A stretch of 64,000 nucleotides of DNA from Atribacterota bacterium (GCA_040767965.1 JAXGNR010000004.1:288001-352000), one strand, 5' to 3'; counted from the stretch's first letter, positions 41,027-52,383 are shown. Numbers and translations: made by a program. Notes: generated from the sequence alone by a model not told the origin.

Positions 41027-42263
41027 TATTAAAAGTATTTGTAGAAAAGCTAAAACAGCATCATCAGAAATAGCAAAATGCTCTTCTGCCAAAAAAGAAG
41101 AAGCTATTGACAGAATTGCCCGAAAATTATTGGAAGAAAAAGAATATATTTTAGAAAATAATAAAATTGATTTACAAAATGCCCGGCAACAAAATAAACC
41201 CGCAGCTTTTATTGACAGATTGGTGTTAGATGACAAAAGAATAGAATCTATGTGTAGCGGCTTAAAAATGGTGGCTCAATTGCCTGACCCAATAGGGAAA
41301 GTTGATGGTATGATTAAAAGACCAAATGGTCTATACATTGGTAAAAAAAGAATTCCACTGGGTGTTATTGGTATAATTTATGAATCCAGACCTAATGTAA
41401 CCATTGATGCCTCTTCTTTATGTTTCAAAGCTGGTAATGCTGTTGTTTTAAGAGGAGGGAGTGAAGCAATTAACTCTAATAAGGCTTTAGTTAAAATATT
41501 TAGAGATGGTTTACAGGAAACTGGTATTAGCCCAGAAGTAATCCAATTAGTGGAAAATACTAGTCGTGCTGTTGTTTTAGAAATGATGAAAGAAAGGGAT
41601 TTTATAGATGTGCTTATTCCCAGAGGTGGCAAATCGTTAATATCAGCAGTTGTAAACAATTCCCTCATTCCGGTTATTGAAACAGGGGAGGGTAATTGCC
41701 ATATTTTTATAGACAAAGATGCTGATAAAAAAATGGCAGAAGAAATAGTTGTAAACGCTAAAACAACCAGACCAGCAGTTTGTAATGCTGCAGAGAGCTT
41801 ATTAGTATCTGCAGACATTGCTCCAAAAATACTGGTAAGGATAATTAAAAAATTACAAGACCATAATGTGGAAATAAGAGGGTGTGAAAAAGTTAAAAAA
41901 TATTATCCAAATTGTCGACTGGCCACAGAAGATGACTGGTATACTGAATATTTAGATTATATTATTGCAGTCAAAGTAGTACAAGATATTGATGAAGCAA
42001 TTAAACATATAAATAAATACAGTACTCACCACTCAGAAGTAATTGTTACCAATAATTACCAAAATGCCCAAAAATTTTTAGAAGAAATAGATTCTGCAGC
42101 AGTTTTTGTGAATGCCTCCAGCAGATTTACAGATGGGGCAGAGTTTGGTATGGGAGCAGAAATTGGTATTAGTACTCAAAAACTGCATGCCCGGGGACCA
42201 ATGGGTGTGAATGAATTAACTACTTACAAATATATTATCTATGGTAATGGACAAATACGGTAA
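41019..42263 (+). CDS. proA: Gamma-glutamyl phosphate reductase
   Basis: Motifs PLGVIGIIYESRPNVT, LIPRGG, VCNAAE, NASSRFTDG and GISTQKLHARGP. Confidence 0.97.
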   Translation: MTDIKSICRKAKTASSEIAKCSSAKKEEAIDRIARKLLEEKEYILENNKIDLQNARQQNKPAAFIDRLVLDDKRIESMCSGLKMVAQLPDPIGKVDGMIKRPNGLYIGKKRIPLGVIGIIYESRPNVTIDASSLCFKAGNAVVLRGGSEAINSNKALVKIFRDGLQETGISPEVIQLVENTSRAVVLEMMKERDFIDVLIPRGGKSLISAVVNNSLIPVIETGEGNCHIFIDKDADKKMAEEIVVNAKTTRPAVCNAAESLLVSADIAPKILVRIIKKLQDHNVEIRGCEKVKKYYPNCRLATEDDWYTEYLDYIIAVKVVQDIDEAIKHINKYSTHHSEVIVTNNYQNAQKFLEEIDSAAVFVNASSRFTDGAEFGMGAEIGISTQKLHARGPMGVNELTTYKYIIYGNGQIR

Positions 42264-42309
42264 ATGTATGTTAAGGTATTTTTAAAAAAATTCCAGCAAA
42301 GAGAAAAAA

Positions 42310-43275
42310 GTGAGAATAAAAAAGAAAATAATTGCTCAAAATTGTCTAAAACAATTGACACTGAATTCCATAATACTCATCCTTATTTGTTGCTCTTTTT
42401 TTATGATTGATAGATCATTTGCAGCCGAAGCTTTCCTTAAGAAAGATATATTATTTGAAATAAATGAAAATATAATTTTACAAGAAAATGAAATAGCTTC
42501 TAATATCTTTTCCTTGAATGGCCAGATAGAAGTAAATGGAATTGTTGAAGGTTCTGTTTTCTCTATAGGGAAACCTGTTTATATTAAAGGATTAGTTGAA
42601 GAAAATGTGATTGTTTTAGCCGGGGATATTGTTTTATTGGAAAACAGTTCCGTTAGAGGGAATGCCATTGCAATTAATGGTGATGTATTGCAAAGTTATG
42701 GCTCTATGGTCTGGGGAGGAATAAAAGAAGTAAAAATTATTCCAGATTTATCAAAATTTCCACTATTTAAAAATGTCAATAAATTTTCTTGGCATCCATT
42801 TTATTATTTGGAATTGCCAATACTTTCTCTTGTTTTTCAGTTTATAACAAAATTATTTTTAGCCATTTTCTTTGTTCTTTTAATGCCTAACAAAATAATG
42901 TATTATGCCAGATCAGTTCAGGAAAGACCATGGAAAAATCTTTTTCTGGGGATAATAGTATTATTCAGTATGCCAATTCTCATTATTTTTTTAGGGTTAA
43001 CCATTCTAGGCATACCCCTTATTCCAATATTAATTTTACTTTCTTTATTTATTGGATATCTGGGTGGATTAGCAATAAAATATGCATTAGGAGATATCTT
43101 ATTAAATAAAATCAATATTAAAAATAAATCTCCCATATTAATAATGTTTATTGGCCTGTTAATATTGGAATTATTTATGATTACTCCAATTTTAAGGATA
43201 ATCCTACCTGTTTTTTATTTCCTGGGGCTGGGAACAATTATTAATAACTTGTTTTTTAGCAAGGAAAGGGAATAA
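42310..43275 (+). CDS. Membrane protein with a bactofilin-like beta-helix N-domain and multi-TM C-domain
   Basis: Repeats of the type G.V.G.V (NGIVEGSVF, KGLVEENVI, SSVRGNAI), then 5-6 TM helices including TILGIPL. Confidence 0.75.
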   Translation: MRIKKKIIAQNCLKQLTLNSIILILICCSFFMIDRSFAAEAFLKKDILFEINENIILQENEIASNIFSLNGQIEVNGIVEGSVFSIGKPVYIKGLVEENVIVLAGDIVLLENSSVRGNAIAINGDVLQSYGSMVWGGIKEVKIIPDLSKFPLFKNVNKFSWHPFYYLELPILSLVFQFITKLFLAIFFVLLMPNKIMYYARSVQERPWKNLFLGIIVLFSMPILIIFLGLTILGIPLIPILILLSLFIGYLGGLAIKYALGDILLNKINIKNKSPILIMFIGLLILELFMITPILRIILPVFYFLGLGTIINNLFFSKERE

Positions 43276-43365
43276 GCATATTTTAAAAATATTTGATTTT
43301 TTTCGTTGTTATCTATAGAATAGTTGCAATTAAATATTTTGCAATCAAAAACAAAGGTTAATAAA

Positions 43366-44016
43366 ATGGTAAAAATATTAACAGATAGAACAACTATTAT
43401 TATTGTCAGGCATGGAGAATGTAAAGGGAATAGAGAAGGTTTGTTTCGAGGCAGAAGTGACTTCCCTTTAAATAAAACAGGAATCAAACAGGCTCATTCT
43501 CTTGCAAAAGAAATGATATCTTTCAAACCCCAAAAAATATTTACCAGTCCTCTGGCTCGAGCAAAGCAGACTGCTGAAGCAATCAGGTTACAGTGCAATG
43601 TAGAAATAGAAGAAAGAACTGACTTAAATAATATTGAATTGGGTCCATGGGAAGGAAAATCAAAAGATTATATTGCTCAGGAATATCCTCATGATTGGCA
43701 AATATGGTTAACAGAACCTGAGACCTTAAATTTACCGGGAATGGAGTCACTTATTCAAGTACAGAAAAGAGCCAGAGAGGGTCTTGATAAAATCGCAAAT
43801 GATTATTTCGGAAAAACAGTAATATTAGTATCCCATCGAGCTGTTATTAAACCCTTGATTGCTTCCTGTATAGGAATGAACAGCCCTTATTTCTGGCATA
43901 TTCATCTGGATACTGCATCTTATAGTATCGTTCATTATCATAAAAAAATTGGCTTTATTTTAGTTCAATTGAATCAAAATAAACATCTGACAGAGTATAT
44001 TTCTGAATGGCAGTAA
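43366..44016 (+). CDS. Histidine phosphatase (PhoE/CobC/GpmB-like)
   Basis: Motifs RHGE, PLN..G..QA, SPLARAKQTA, G.WEG and VSH. Confidence 0.9.
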   Translation: MVKILTDRTTIIIVRHGECKGNREGLFRGRSDFPLNKTGIKQAHSLAKEMISFKPQKIFTSPLARAKQTAEAIRLQCNVEIEERTDLNNIELGPWEGKSKDYIAQEYPHDWQIWLTEPETLNLPGMESLIQVQKRAREGLDKIANDYFGKTVILVSHRAVIKPLIASCIGMNSPYFWHIHLDTASYSIVHYHKKIGFILVQLNQNKHLTEYISEWQ

Positions 44017-44060
44017 ATTATGAAACGTTCTATTTTGAATAAATATCAATGAGGAAAAGA

Positions 44061-44243
44061 ATGATCAAAATTAATTTTAAAAATATCAAAAAGCCTTTAT
44101 TTATTTTTATTGTATTGATTCTTACAAGCCTGACAGTACCTTATTTATTACCATCCACTTTTACTGGTTCATATTTGCTCTGGATTATCTTGCCGGTAAT
44201 AACTATATTATATGGACTTATAGTGCTTGGAGGTATAAAATGA
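44061..44243 (+). CDS. Small two-TM accessory protein of the SSS symporter
   Basis: Hydrophobic ~60-aa ORF overlapping the symporter start (ATGA); GAGG SD. Confidence 0.7.
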   Translation: MIKINFKNIKKPLFIFIVLILTSLTVPYLLPSTFTGSYLLWIILPVITILYGLIVLGGIK

Positions 44244-45676
44244 CACGCTCATCAATTATGCTTTTAGGAATTTTTATTTGGTTTGTTATAGGTTGCTATA
44301 TTTCTTTTACTGCCAGGAAGAAGACCGGACCTGGAATTGCCGAGTATTTTATTGCAAATAGAACAATTGGTGGTTTTGTGGCAGCCATGACTTACAGCGC
44401 CACAACCTATAGTGCTTTTATGATGGTGGGATTGGTGGGAATGACTTACACTTTTGGCATTAGCACAATGGGATTCGAATTATCATATCTAATGGGGACA
44501 ATCTTATTGCTTGTTTTGTTTGCCCCTTATTTCTGGTCAATGAGCAGAAAATATAATTGCATTACTCCATCTGAATTGCTTGGCAAAGCTTACGGAAGTC
44601 AGTTGTTAGGCGGAATCACTACAATATTTTCCCTTTTAATGTTAATACCATATATGTCTGTTCAATTTACCGGGATTGGCTATTTATTGGAAACATTAAC
44701 TGGTATCTCTTATGAAAGAGGTGTATTTCTTACTTTGATAATCGTGCTTGTTTTTACCTTATGGGCAGGAATGCGCTCAGTAGCCTGGACAGATACCCTA
44801 CAATCACTTATCATGTTTATTTCATCAATTATTCTTTTAATATATGTGATGAATCACTTTTTTGGAGGTTTTAGCCAGTTTTTTCAGATTATGCAAAATG
44901 AGCATGCTGATATGTTAAATGCCAGTAAAATGAATTATCAAAGATTTCTTGGTTTAACCATACCATGGTTATTTTTTGCATTAACTAACCCGCAAGTAGC
45001 CCAAAGAATGTTTATTTCTCGTAATAAAAAGAGTCTGAAAATTATGATTGCCGGTTTTTCTATTTTTGGTTTGTTTTATACTCTTATAGTGGTGCATTTA
45101 GGATTAGCAGCTAAACATATTTTCCCGCAAATTACTAATACCGATTTGATAACTCCCATGATTTTGGAAAAAACACCTGTTTTTTTGGCGCTGGTAGTTT
45201 TTTTAGGAATCGTAGCTGCCTCTGTTTCTACAGTTAATTCTATCATCCTTACTTTAAGCTCAATGTGCACGGTAGATATTTATGGAAAATTGTTTTCTGC
45301 AGGAGAAGATAAAAGATTGTTATTTGGGAAAATAATGGTACCTGTCATTTCTATGGCAGCATTTTTCTTTTCCTTGGGAAGATTTGGTATTATTGTAGAA
45401 TTATCTGTAATGTCTTCAGCAGGCTTATTAGCATTGGTCCCTAGTTATTTTGGCATTTTCTGGCAAAAAGGGGATAAAGTAGCAGCAATTAGTAGTATTA
45501 TAAGTGGTGGTCTGGCGACAATTACAATGTATTTTACCGGCTATTTTCCGTTAGGCATCTGGCCTGGTATCTGGTGTTTAATAATATCAACCCTGGTATT
45601 TATATTAATAAGCCAAATACGTTTTGACAAAACAGCTTTTAATATGAATGATGCGGAAGAGATAAAAATATATTAG
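44240..45676 (+). CDS. Sodium:solute symporter family protein
   Basis: Motifs EYFIANR, ATTYSAF, GMRSVAWTD.LQ, PQ..QR and AAS.ST; about 13 TM helices. Confidence 0.92.
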   Translation: MTRSSIMLLGIFIWFVIGCYISFTARKKTGPGIAEYFIANRTIGGFVAAMTYSATTYSAFMMVGLVGMTYTFGISTMGFELSYLMGTILLLVLFAPYFWSMSRKYNCITPSELLGKAYGSQLLGGITTIFSLLMLIPYMSVQFTGIGYLLETLTGISYERGVFLTLIIVLVFTLWAGMRSVAWTDTLQSLIMFISSIILLIYVMNHFFGGFSQFFQIMQNEHADMLNASKMNYQRFLGLTIPWLFFALTNPQVAQRMFISRNKKSLKIMIAGFSIFGLFYTLIVVHLGLAAKHIFPQITNTDLITPMILEKTPVFLALVVFLGIVAASVSTVNSIILTLSSMCTVDIYGKLFSAGEDKRLLFGKIMVPVISMAAFFFSLGRFGIIVELSVMSSAGLLALVPSYFGIFWQKGDKVAAISSIISGGLATITMYFTGYFPLGIWPGIWCLIISTLVFILISQIRFDKTAFNMNDAEEIKIY

Positions 45677-45686
45677 CTTGTAATGA

Positions 45687-45740
45687 CCATATTTAAAATG
45701 CAGTTACATTAAGAATAATATAACTGCATTTTAAATATGG
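45687..45740. terminator. Bidirectional terminator-like hairpin
   Basis: Perfect 20-bp inverted repeat CCATATTTAAAATGCAGTTA / TAACTGCATTTTAAATATGG between convergent genes. Confidence 0.75.
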
Positions 45741-45751
45741 CGGGTAATGCA

Positions 45752-46909
45752 TTAGTGTTGCTGGAAGTATTTTTGTAAGCGATTCATTCCTTCTTCAATT
45801 TTATCCATAGATGTTGCATAGGATATTCTTACATAACCTTCAGCATTTTTTCCAAAATCAATACCCGGAGTAAGAGCGACTTTAGCTTTTTCTAAAATAT
45901 CAAAGGCTATTTTAAATGAATCATTTGAATATTTTTTAATATTAGCCAAAACGTAAAAAGCACCGGTTGGCTCAGACTTGACAGGAATGCCTATTTCTTG
46001 CAACTTTTTCAGCAGATAAATACGTCTTTGATTATAAACCACATTCATTTTTCTGACATCTTCATCACATTCTTTTAATGCAGCCAGACCAGCAGTTTGA
46101 GCGAAAGAGTTTGCGCAAATAAAGAAATTTTGTTGTATTTTTTGCAGAGGGCGAATATATTCTTTAGGAGAAACCAAATACCCTAAACGCCATCCAGTCA
46201 TTGCATATCGTTTAGAAAACCCATCTAAAATAAAAGTATTTCCAGTATATTCAAGCATAGAATGTTCTTCTCCCTGGTAAACCAGACCATGATATATTTC
46301 GTCTGAAAGAACATAATAACCTAAACCAGCAATAGATTCCATTTCAGCAGCAGTGTAAACTGTGCCTGTGGGATTGCCAGGAGAATTAACCATAATCATT
46401 TTAGTTTTTGGCGTTATATATTTTTTTATTCTTTCAATATCATATTTAAAACCGTTTTCTTCGAAAACAGGTACAAAAACAGGTGTTGCTCCCAAAAAAC
46501 TGATGATTTTTGGATAGCAGGCATAATGTGGATCTGGTAGGATTACTTCATCTCCTGCTTCTAAAACTGAGGAAAAAATAAGATACATGGCTGGAGAAGT
46601 ACCTGAGGTAACTATAATTTGTTCAGGAGAAATATTTGCCTGGTATTTTCTTTGGTAGTATCTGCAAATTTCTTCTCTAAATTCAAGCTTTCCCATGCTG
46701 TTAGTATAATGAGTATCACCTGTTTTAATTGCTTTAATTGCTGCCTTTTTGATAGCTTCTGGGGTTTCAAAATCAGGCTCTCCAACTTCCATGTGGATAA
46801 TGTTCTGCCCGTTTAGTTCTAATTGCTGAGCTTTTTCCATAACATCCATGGCAATAAAGGAGGGAATTGCAGCAGCTTTTTGGGTAATTTGAAAATCAGG
46901 TCCTTTCAT
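45752..46909 (-). CDS. Class I PLP-dependent aminotransferase (AspB-like)
   Basis: Motifs VGEPDF, NSPGNPTG, SDEIY, FSKRYAMTGWRLG and PG.DFG. Confidence 0.93.
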   Translation of the reverse strand: MKGPDFQITQKAAAIPSFIAMDVMEKAQQLELNGQNIIHMEVGEPDFETPEAIKKAAIKAIKTGDTHYTNSMGKLEFREEICRYYQRKYQANISPEQIIVTSGTSPAMYLIFSSVLEAGDEVILPDPHYACYPKIISFLGATPVFVPVFEENGFKYDIERIKKYITPKTKMIMVNSPGNPTGTVYTAAEMESIAGLGYYVLSDEIYHGLVYQGEEHSMLEYTGNTFILDGFSKRYAMTGWRLGYLVSPKEYIRPLQKIQQNFFICANSFAQTAGLAALKECDEDVRKMNVVYNQRRIYLLKKLQEIGIPVKSEPTGAFYVLANIKKYSNDSFKIAFDILEKAKVALTPGIDFGKNAEGYVRISYATSMDKIEEGMNRLQKYFQQH

Positions 46910-47207
46910 GATTATCACCTTTCCTACAAAATAAAATCTTTTCAGTATCTACATAGCTAATAATATTTTTGTATAATTTTACTATTTTAATATATTTTCT
47001 TCTGTTATGAAAGTAAAATCTATATTTTTTTAAAAATAATTAAAAAATAAGCAGTTTTTTTAATTACCAGGCAGTAGAAATGAGGAATATTTTATGGTAA
47101 ATTAGGTTAAAATTTAATCATTTCAGAATAAGATTTTTAAATAATATTATTAATTATATATTTAATAACATAATATTCGGGAGAAAAGGTTTGATACGAA
47201 ATACCTG

Positions 47208-47237
47208 TTGCTAAAAGAACAAGAAGTAAGGTATAAT
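47208..47237 (+). promoter_or_regulatory. Putative sigma70 promoter
   Basis: TTGCTA-18 nt-TATAAT upstream of the beta-CASP gene. Confidence 0.5.
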
Positions 47238-47323
47238 AAATGTTTAATTTTTATAGTGAAACAATTAAATTAATAGAATAATTAATAGCTGTTAATAGGC
47301 TATCTTATGGAGGAATATATTAT

Positions 47324-48988
47324 ATGAAAATAAGCTTTTTAGGCGCAAACCGTTTAGTGTCTGGATCATGCTATCTAATCCAGACTAAATATAAAAAATT
47401 TTTAATTGACTGTGGTTTATTCCGTGGAGATGAAACAATTACCAGGTTAAACTATGCACCTTTTCCATTTCGACCTGAAGATCTTGATTTTGTTATATTG
47501 ACTCATGCTCATATAGATCATTCTGGAAAAATCCCTCAACTTTTCAGAGAAGGTTTTCACGGCAATGTATATTGCACTAAGCCAACAATGGAATTATGCT
47601 CAGTAATGCTCCCAGATAGTGGACAAATTCAGGAGGAAGATGCTGAAGAAGAAAACCAAAGAAGATTAAGATCTGGAGAACCTTTTATTGAACCACTATA
47701 TGATATTGAAGATGCGCTAGACAGCCTTCTGCTCTTCCGGGATATACCATATCAATATAAAATCAGGATTGATGAAAATATAAGCTTCAGACTGCAGGAT
47801 GCCGGGCATGTATTAGGGTCTGCCATAATAGAATTATGGGTCAGGGAAGATGATAAAGAATGCAAATGGGTTTTTACAGGGGATATAGGGAGAAAAAATA
47901 AACCATTTCTACGCAATCCCCAACGTATTAAAAATGCAGATTATGTTGTGATAGAGTCAACTTACGGCGGAAGAAAACATAGACCTTACAAGCAAGAGGT
48001 AAAAAAATTCTTTTCTATCATTGATAAGACTTTAAAGAGAGGTGGAGACGTAATTATCCCTGCTTTTGCCTTACAAAGAACACAGGATATAATTTATGAG
48101 CTTAGTCAGTATTATAATATGCAAATTAAGCCTTTGAAAGGCAAGGATAAAAAGCTAAGAAAATTGAGATTCTATTTAGATAGTCCTTTAGCAATCGCAG
48201 CAACTAAAATATATAGAAATAACCCTCAAGAGTTTGCAAAAAAGAATTTAAAAATAATGGAATCAAGCAATCAATTGCTTGATTTTCAACCATTCAGAAT
48301 GACCAGAACCAGTAAGGCTTCTAAGAGAATCAGCCGGTCCAAGAGGAGTAAGATAATTATATCTGCTAGTGGAATGTGTGATGGAGGTAGAATACAATAC
48401 CATCTTAGAGATAATCTTTGGAGAAAAAAATCTTCAATAATTTTTGTTGGTTATCAAGCAGAGGGAACCATTGGTAAAAAATTAATCAGTGGAGAAAAGA
48501 TTTTGGATATAATGGAAGAGATGGTTGATGTAAAGGCAGAAATATATTATCTTGATGGCTTTTCTTCTCATGCTGATAAAGATGAGCTGATATGGTGGTT
48601 GAAAGGATTTCAAAATAAACCTGCTAAAGTTTTTATTGTACATGGTGAAAAAAGTGAATCAGAAACAATGGCAGAAAATGTCAATGAACAATTATCCTAT
48701 GATACATATATTCCGGCAATTGGAGAAACATTCCTAATCCAGGAAAACCACATTGTAACTCAAGGATTACTTAGAGATGAAAACAAAGTATTACAGTTAG
48801 ATGAAATTGTTAGAGAAGTAAGAAAAATCAGACATAAATTTAACCTTTTATTGGCTGATATGGAAATTTCAGGAGTGGAATTAAAAGAAGAAAATTTATG
48901 TTACAAAATAAAACAACAGTTAGAGCAAATACAGCAAGACATAAAGAAAGTAAAACATTTAATTAAGGAAAATGAACTGGAAGTATAA
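47324..48988 (+). CDS. MBL/beta-CASP ribonuclease (YSH1-like)
   Basis: Motifs THAHIDHSG, AGHVLGS, FTGDIG, ESTYG, SGMCDGGR, GYQAEGT, FSSHAD and VHGE. Confidence 0.93.
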   Translation: MKISFLGANRLVSGSCYLIQTKYKKFLIDCGLFRGDETITRLNYAPFPFRPEDLDFVILTHAHIDHSGKIPQLFREGFHGNVYCTKPTMELCSVMLPDSGQIQEEDAEEENQRRLRSGEPFIEPLYDIEDALDSLLLFRDIPYQYKIRIDENISFRLQDAGHVLGSAIIELWVREDDKECKWVFTGDIGRKNKPFLRNPQRIKNADYVVIESTYGGRKHRPYKQEVKKFFSIIDKTLKRGGDVIIPAFALQRTQDIIYELSQYYNMQIKPLKGKDKKLRKLRFYLDSPLAIAATKIYRNNPQEFAKKNLKIMESSNQLLDFQPFRMTRTSKASKRISRSKRSKIIISASGMCDGGRIQYHLRDNLWRKKSSIIFVGYQAEGTIGKKLISGEKILDIMEEMVDVKAEIYYLDGFSSHADKDELIWWLKGFQNKPAKVFIVHGEKSESETMAENVNEQLSYDTYIPAIGETFLIQENHIVTQGLLRDENKVLQLDEIVREVRKIRHKFNLLLADMEISGVELKEENLCYKIKQQLEQIQQDIKKVKHLIKENELEV

Positions 48989-49009
48989 TTTTTATAATAA
49001 GAGGATATA

Positions 49010-49789
49010 ATGAAACATGATATTTTGGAAAGCATGATTAGTATTTCCTTAAGGGCTGGAAGTTTGGTTCAGCATCACTATCAAAGTCGAGAATTTGGTG
49101 TATCTATCAAAAAAGATAAACATGATTTAGTAACTGATATAGATCGGGAATCTCAAAGAATTATTAAAGAAGAATTGCAAAAAAGGTTCCCTGATATTCC
49201 TATAATTGGTGAAGAGGATAACCAGATAATAAAAAATGAACATGCTTTTATTATTGACCCAATAGATGGAACTCTAAATTTTGTAAAACAAATACCGTTT
49301 TTTACTATTTCTATTGGTTACTGGAAAAAAAATCATCCTGTATGCGGTGTGGTATATGACCCTCTCAGGAATGACTTATTTTATGCCAGAAAAGATCAAG
49401 GTGCCTATCAAAATGGCAAAGAAATTAGTGTGCTTAGTTTAGAAAATAATAGGCCTATTTTAGCGTCTGATTGGGGACATGAACCAAAGCTTTACCAAAA
49501 AAATATAAATATATTACAAAAATTAATGAAGGTTGACAGATATTTATTTCGGTTTCTGGGTTGTGCCAGTTTAGCAATTTGTTATGTTGGAGCTGGTATT
49601 TTGGATGGATACTGGCATTATCAGCTCTCTCCCTGGGATATGGCCGCAGCAGTTTTAATTGCTCAAGAGGCTGGAGCAATTGTTACCAATATTAAAGGTG
49701 AACAGTTTGATTTATGGGGTAAATCTATTCTAACAACTTCACCAGCTATAAAAAAAGATGTACAAAAGGTATTTGCCAGTATTGATTGA
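49010..49789 (+). CDS. suhB: Inositol monophosphatase family protein
   Basis: Motifs DLVT..D, GEE, IDPIDGTLNF and PWDMAA. Confidence 0.88.
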   Translation: MKHDILESMISISLRAGSLVQHHYQSREFGVSIKKDKHDLVTDIDRESQRIIKEELQKRFPDIPIIGEEDNQIIKNEHAFIIDPIDGTLNFVKQIPFFTISIGYWKKNHPVCGVVYDPLRNDLFYARKDQGAYQNGKEISVLSLENNRPILASDWGHEPKLYQKNINILQKLMKVDRYLFRFLGCASLAICYVGAGILDGYWHYQLSPWDMAAAVLIAQEAGAIVTNIKGEQFDLWGKSILTTSPAIKKDVQKVFASID

Positions 49790-49829
49790 TTGATATTGTT
49801 TCTATACTGTTAATGTTTTGGAGATATGC

Positions 49830-51641
49830 ATGAAAAACAATAATGAAAACGAAAATAAAATCCCTAACAGAGAGGAAATTCCATTAGAATCCCGCTGGGA
49901 TATACAATCATTGTATTCGTCATTAGAGGAATGGGAAGAAGACTGTCAGCGGACAAAAAAACTTGCTGATGAATTACTCAAATACAAAGATAGTTTTACA
50001 GAAGAAGCAACTTCTTTCATAAAATGCCTGCAATCAAGAGACAAAATATTGGATCTAGCCCATCAGGTCTATACTTATGCCCATATGCGAAAAGATGAAG
50101 ATAATAACGATACCCAAAATCAATCAATTTATAATAAGGCTTCTAGTTTATTGGTAGAAATTGAAGATAGCTTGTCATTTATTCAGCCGGGGATATTGTC
50201 CCTGAATGCTAAAACTATTGGGAAATGGATAGCTGAAAATGAGCAATTGAAAATATATCAGCATCATCTGCAAGGTATTTTTCGCAAAAAAAAGCACATT
50301 CTTTCCCCTGAAAAAGAAAAGATAATCGCACAGGCTGGGGAAATGAGTATGATTCCAGAAAACACTTTTGGTCTTTTAAGTAATGCAGATTTAAAATTTC
50401 CTTCAGTAAAAAATCATAATGGAGAATATATAGCCATCAGTCAGGGTAATTTTGTCTCTTTGTTACGAAACAAAGATCGGAATTTTCGGAAACGAGTTTT
50501 TCGGAAATATTACCAGCAATACTTTCTACATCGCCATACCTTTGCTTCTTTATTAACAGGCAAGCTAAAAAAAGATCGATTTTTTAATAAGGTAAGGAAA
50601 TATAAAAACAGTTTATCTGCTGCACTTTTTGAAGATAATATTCCTATCGCTGTTTATGATAATTTAATTAATATTGCCCATAAAAATGTTTCATTGTTAC
50701 AAAAATATATACAGTTGAAAAAAGAGCGGCTGGGATATAAAAATTTTTATATGTATGATATGTACACTGCTTTATCTGAAAAAACAGACCGGATAGAATA
50801 TTCAAAAGCCCAGGAATTAATTCTTGCAGCACTTCAGCCTCTGGGAAGTGAATATTTAGAAATAGTTAAAAAAGCATTTAAGGAAAGATGGATTGATGTA
50901 TACGAGAATAAGGGAAAATCAAGCGGGGCTTATTCTACTGGAAGCTACAAGAGTAAACCATATATTTTACTAAACTACCAGGGCACCATGGAAGATGTCT
51001 TTACTTTGGCGCATGAGTTAGGCCATTCTTTGCATAGCTTTTATACCAATAAAGAGCAACCTTTTATCTATAGTGGTTACCCGATATTTTTAGCTGAAAT
51101 TGCATCTACTACCAATGAAGCCTTATTGATTAATTACATAATAAAAAATAATGCTGAAAGCAAAAAGGATACACTTTTAATATTAAATAATTTTTTGGAG
51201 CAATTCAGAACAACATTTTTCAGACAAACCATGTTTGCTGAATTTGAAAAAATTATTCATCAATACGAGGAAAAGGGTGGTTCCTTAACTGCAGAATGGT
51301 ATTCTCAACAATATGCTGATTTAATTTATAAATATTATGGAAATAGCGTTGTAATAGATAAAGAAATTCATATGGAATGGGCGCGACTTCCTCATTTTTA
51401 TTATGATTTTTATGTATATAAATATTCTACTGGCTTTGCATCAGCTATTGCACTTTCTCGCAGAATACTTCAAGAAGGAAAAACTGCTGTAGATGAATAT
51501 CTGAGATTTCTTGGTAAGGGAAGTTCAGAGTATCCAATTACTATTTTAAAACAAACTGGGGTAGATATGATTTCCTTGAACCCATTAACAGAAGCAATGA
51601 ATTTATTTGCTGAACTTTTAGAACAGCTGGAATCAATTTAA
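49830..51641 (+). CDS. pepF: Oligoendopeptidase F (M3B)
   Basis: Motifs RWIDVYENKGK.SGAY, PYILLN, HELGHSLH, AEIAST.NE and PHFY..FYVYKY. Confidence 0.95.
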   Translation: MKNNNENENKIPNREEIPLESRWDIQSLYSSLEEWEEDCQRTKKLADELLKYKDSFTEEATSFIKCLQSRDKILDLAHQVYTYAHMRKDEDNNDTQNQSIYNKASSLLVEIEDSLSFIQPGILSLNAKTIGKWIAENEQLKIYQHHLQGIFRKKKHILSPEKEKIIAQAGEMSMIPENTFGLLSNADLKFPSVKNHNGEYIAISQGNFVSLLRNKDRNFRKRVFRKYYQQYFLHRHTFASLLTGKLKKDRFFNKVRKYKNSLSAALFEDNIPIAVYDNLINIAHKNVSLLQKYIQLKKERLGYKNFYMYDMYTALSEKTDRIEYSKAQELILAALQPLGSEYLEIVKKAFKERWIDVYENKGKSSGAYSTGSYKSKPYILLNYQGTMEDVFTLAHELGHSLHSFYTNKEQPFIYSGYPIFLAEIASTTNEALLINYIIKNNAESKKDTLLILNNFLEQFRTTFFRQTMFAEFEKIIHQYEEKGGSLTAEWYSQQYADLIYKYYGNSVVIDKEIHMEWARLPHFYYDFYVYKYSTGFASAIALSRRILQEGKTAVDEYLRFLGKGSSEYPITILKQTGVDMISLNPLTEAMNLFAELLEQLESI

Positions 51642-51666
51642 ATATTTATAAATTAAGGATATTTTT

Positions 51667-52383
51667 ATGCAGAATAAATCTGCTGTGCTACTTTTGATAT
51701 GTCTATTATCCATCTTTTCTATTGCTTTTACAGGTTGCTGGAAGACAGGTGAATTAACCGAAAGCACTGTCCAAATCGAATTAGAAGAAGTAGAAACAGT
51801 AGAAGCAAAGGTAGTAATTTATAAAGGAAATTTACATATTACCGGTGTACAACAACTGCAATTGTTAAATTCCAAATTTTCATCTAATTTGGAAAAATGG
51901 AATCCTCAGGTTATTTATTCAACAGAAGGACATAAAGGGAAATTGAAAATTCTACAAACAGATAAGCAAAAAAATATTTCTGCTACAATAGAAAGTGATT
52001 GGTTTTTGTTTTTTAATAATATGATTCCTTTGGAATTAGATCTTATTGTTGGAAATGGAGATAATCAGCTAGACTTCAGTGAAATCAATCTTACTTCTTT
52101 AAAAGTGGCCATTGGTACTGGAGATAGTACTATTAATTTGACTGGAAACTATCGGGATGATCTTATTGTACATTTAATGGGAGGGATCGGAAACACTATT
52201 ATTGATTTACCAAAAGATACAGGTGTATGCTTACTGATTGAAGGGTTTATAAACAAAATTAATTGCAATGATTTTTATAGAATTGGCAGCTTCTATTATA
52301 ACACTTCTTTTGACTTTGCAAAAAAAAATATATTTATCACAATTTTTTCAGGATTAGGTAAAATTAATATAAATTTAGTATAA
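51667..52383 (+). CDS. Lipoprotein with toast-rack/DUF2154-like beta repeats
   Basis: Lipobox FTGC; repeats VGNGDNQLDF / IGTGDSTINL / GGIGNTIIDL. Confidence 0.75.
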   Translation: MQNKSAVLLLICLLSIFSIAFTGCWKTGELTESTVQIELEEVETVEAKVVIYKGNLHITGVQQLQLLNSKFSSNLEKWNPQVIYSTEGHKGKLKILQTDKQKNISATIESDWFLFFNNMIPLELDLIVGNGDNQLDFSEINLTSLKVAIGTGDSTINLTGNYRDDLIVHLMGGIGNTIIDLPKDTGVCLLIEGFINKINCNDFYRIGSFYYNTSFDFAKKNIFITIFSGLGKININLV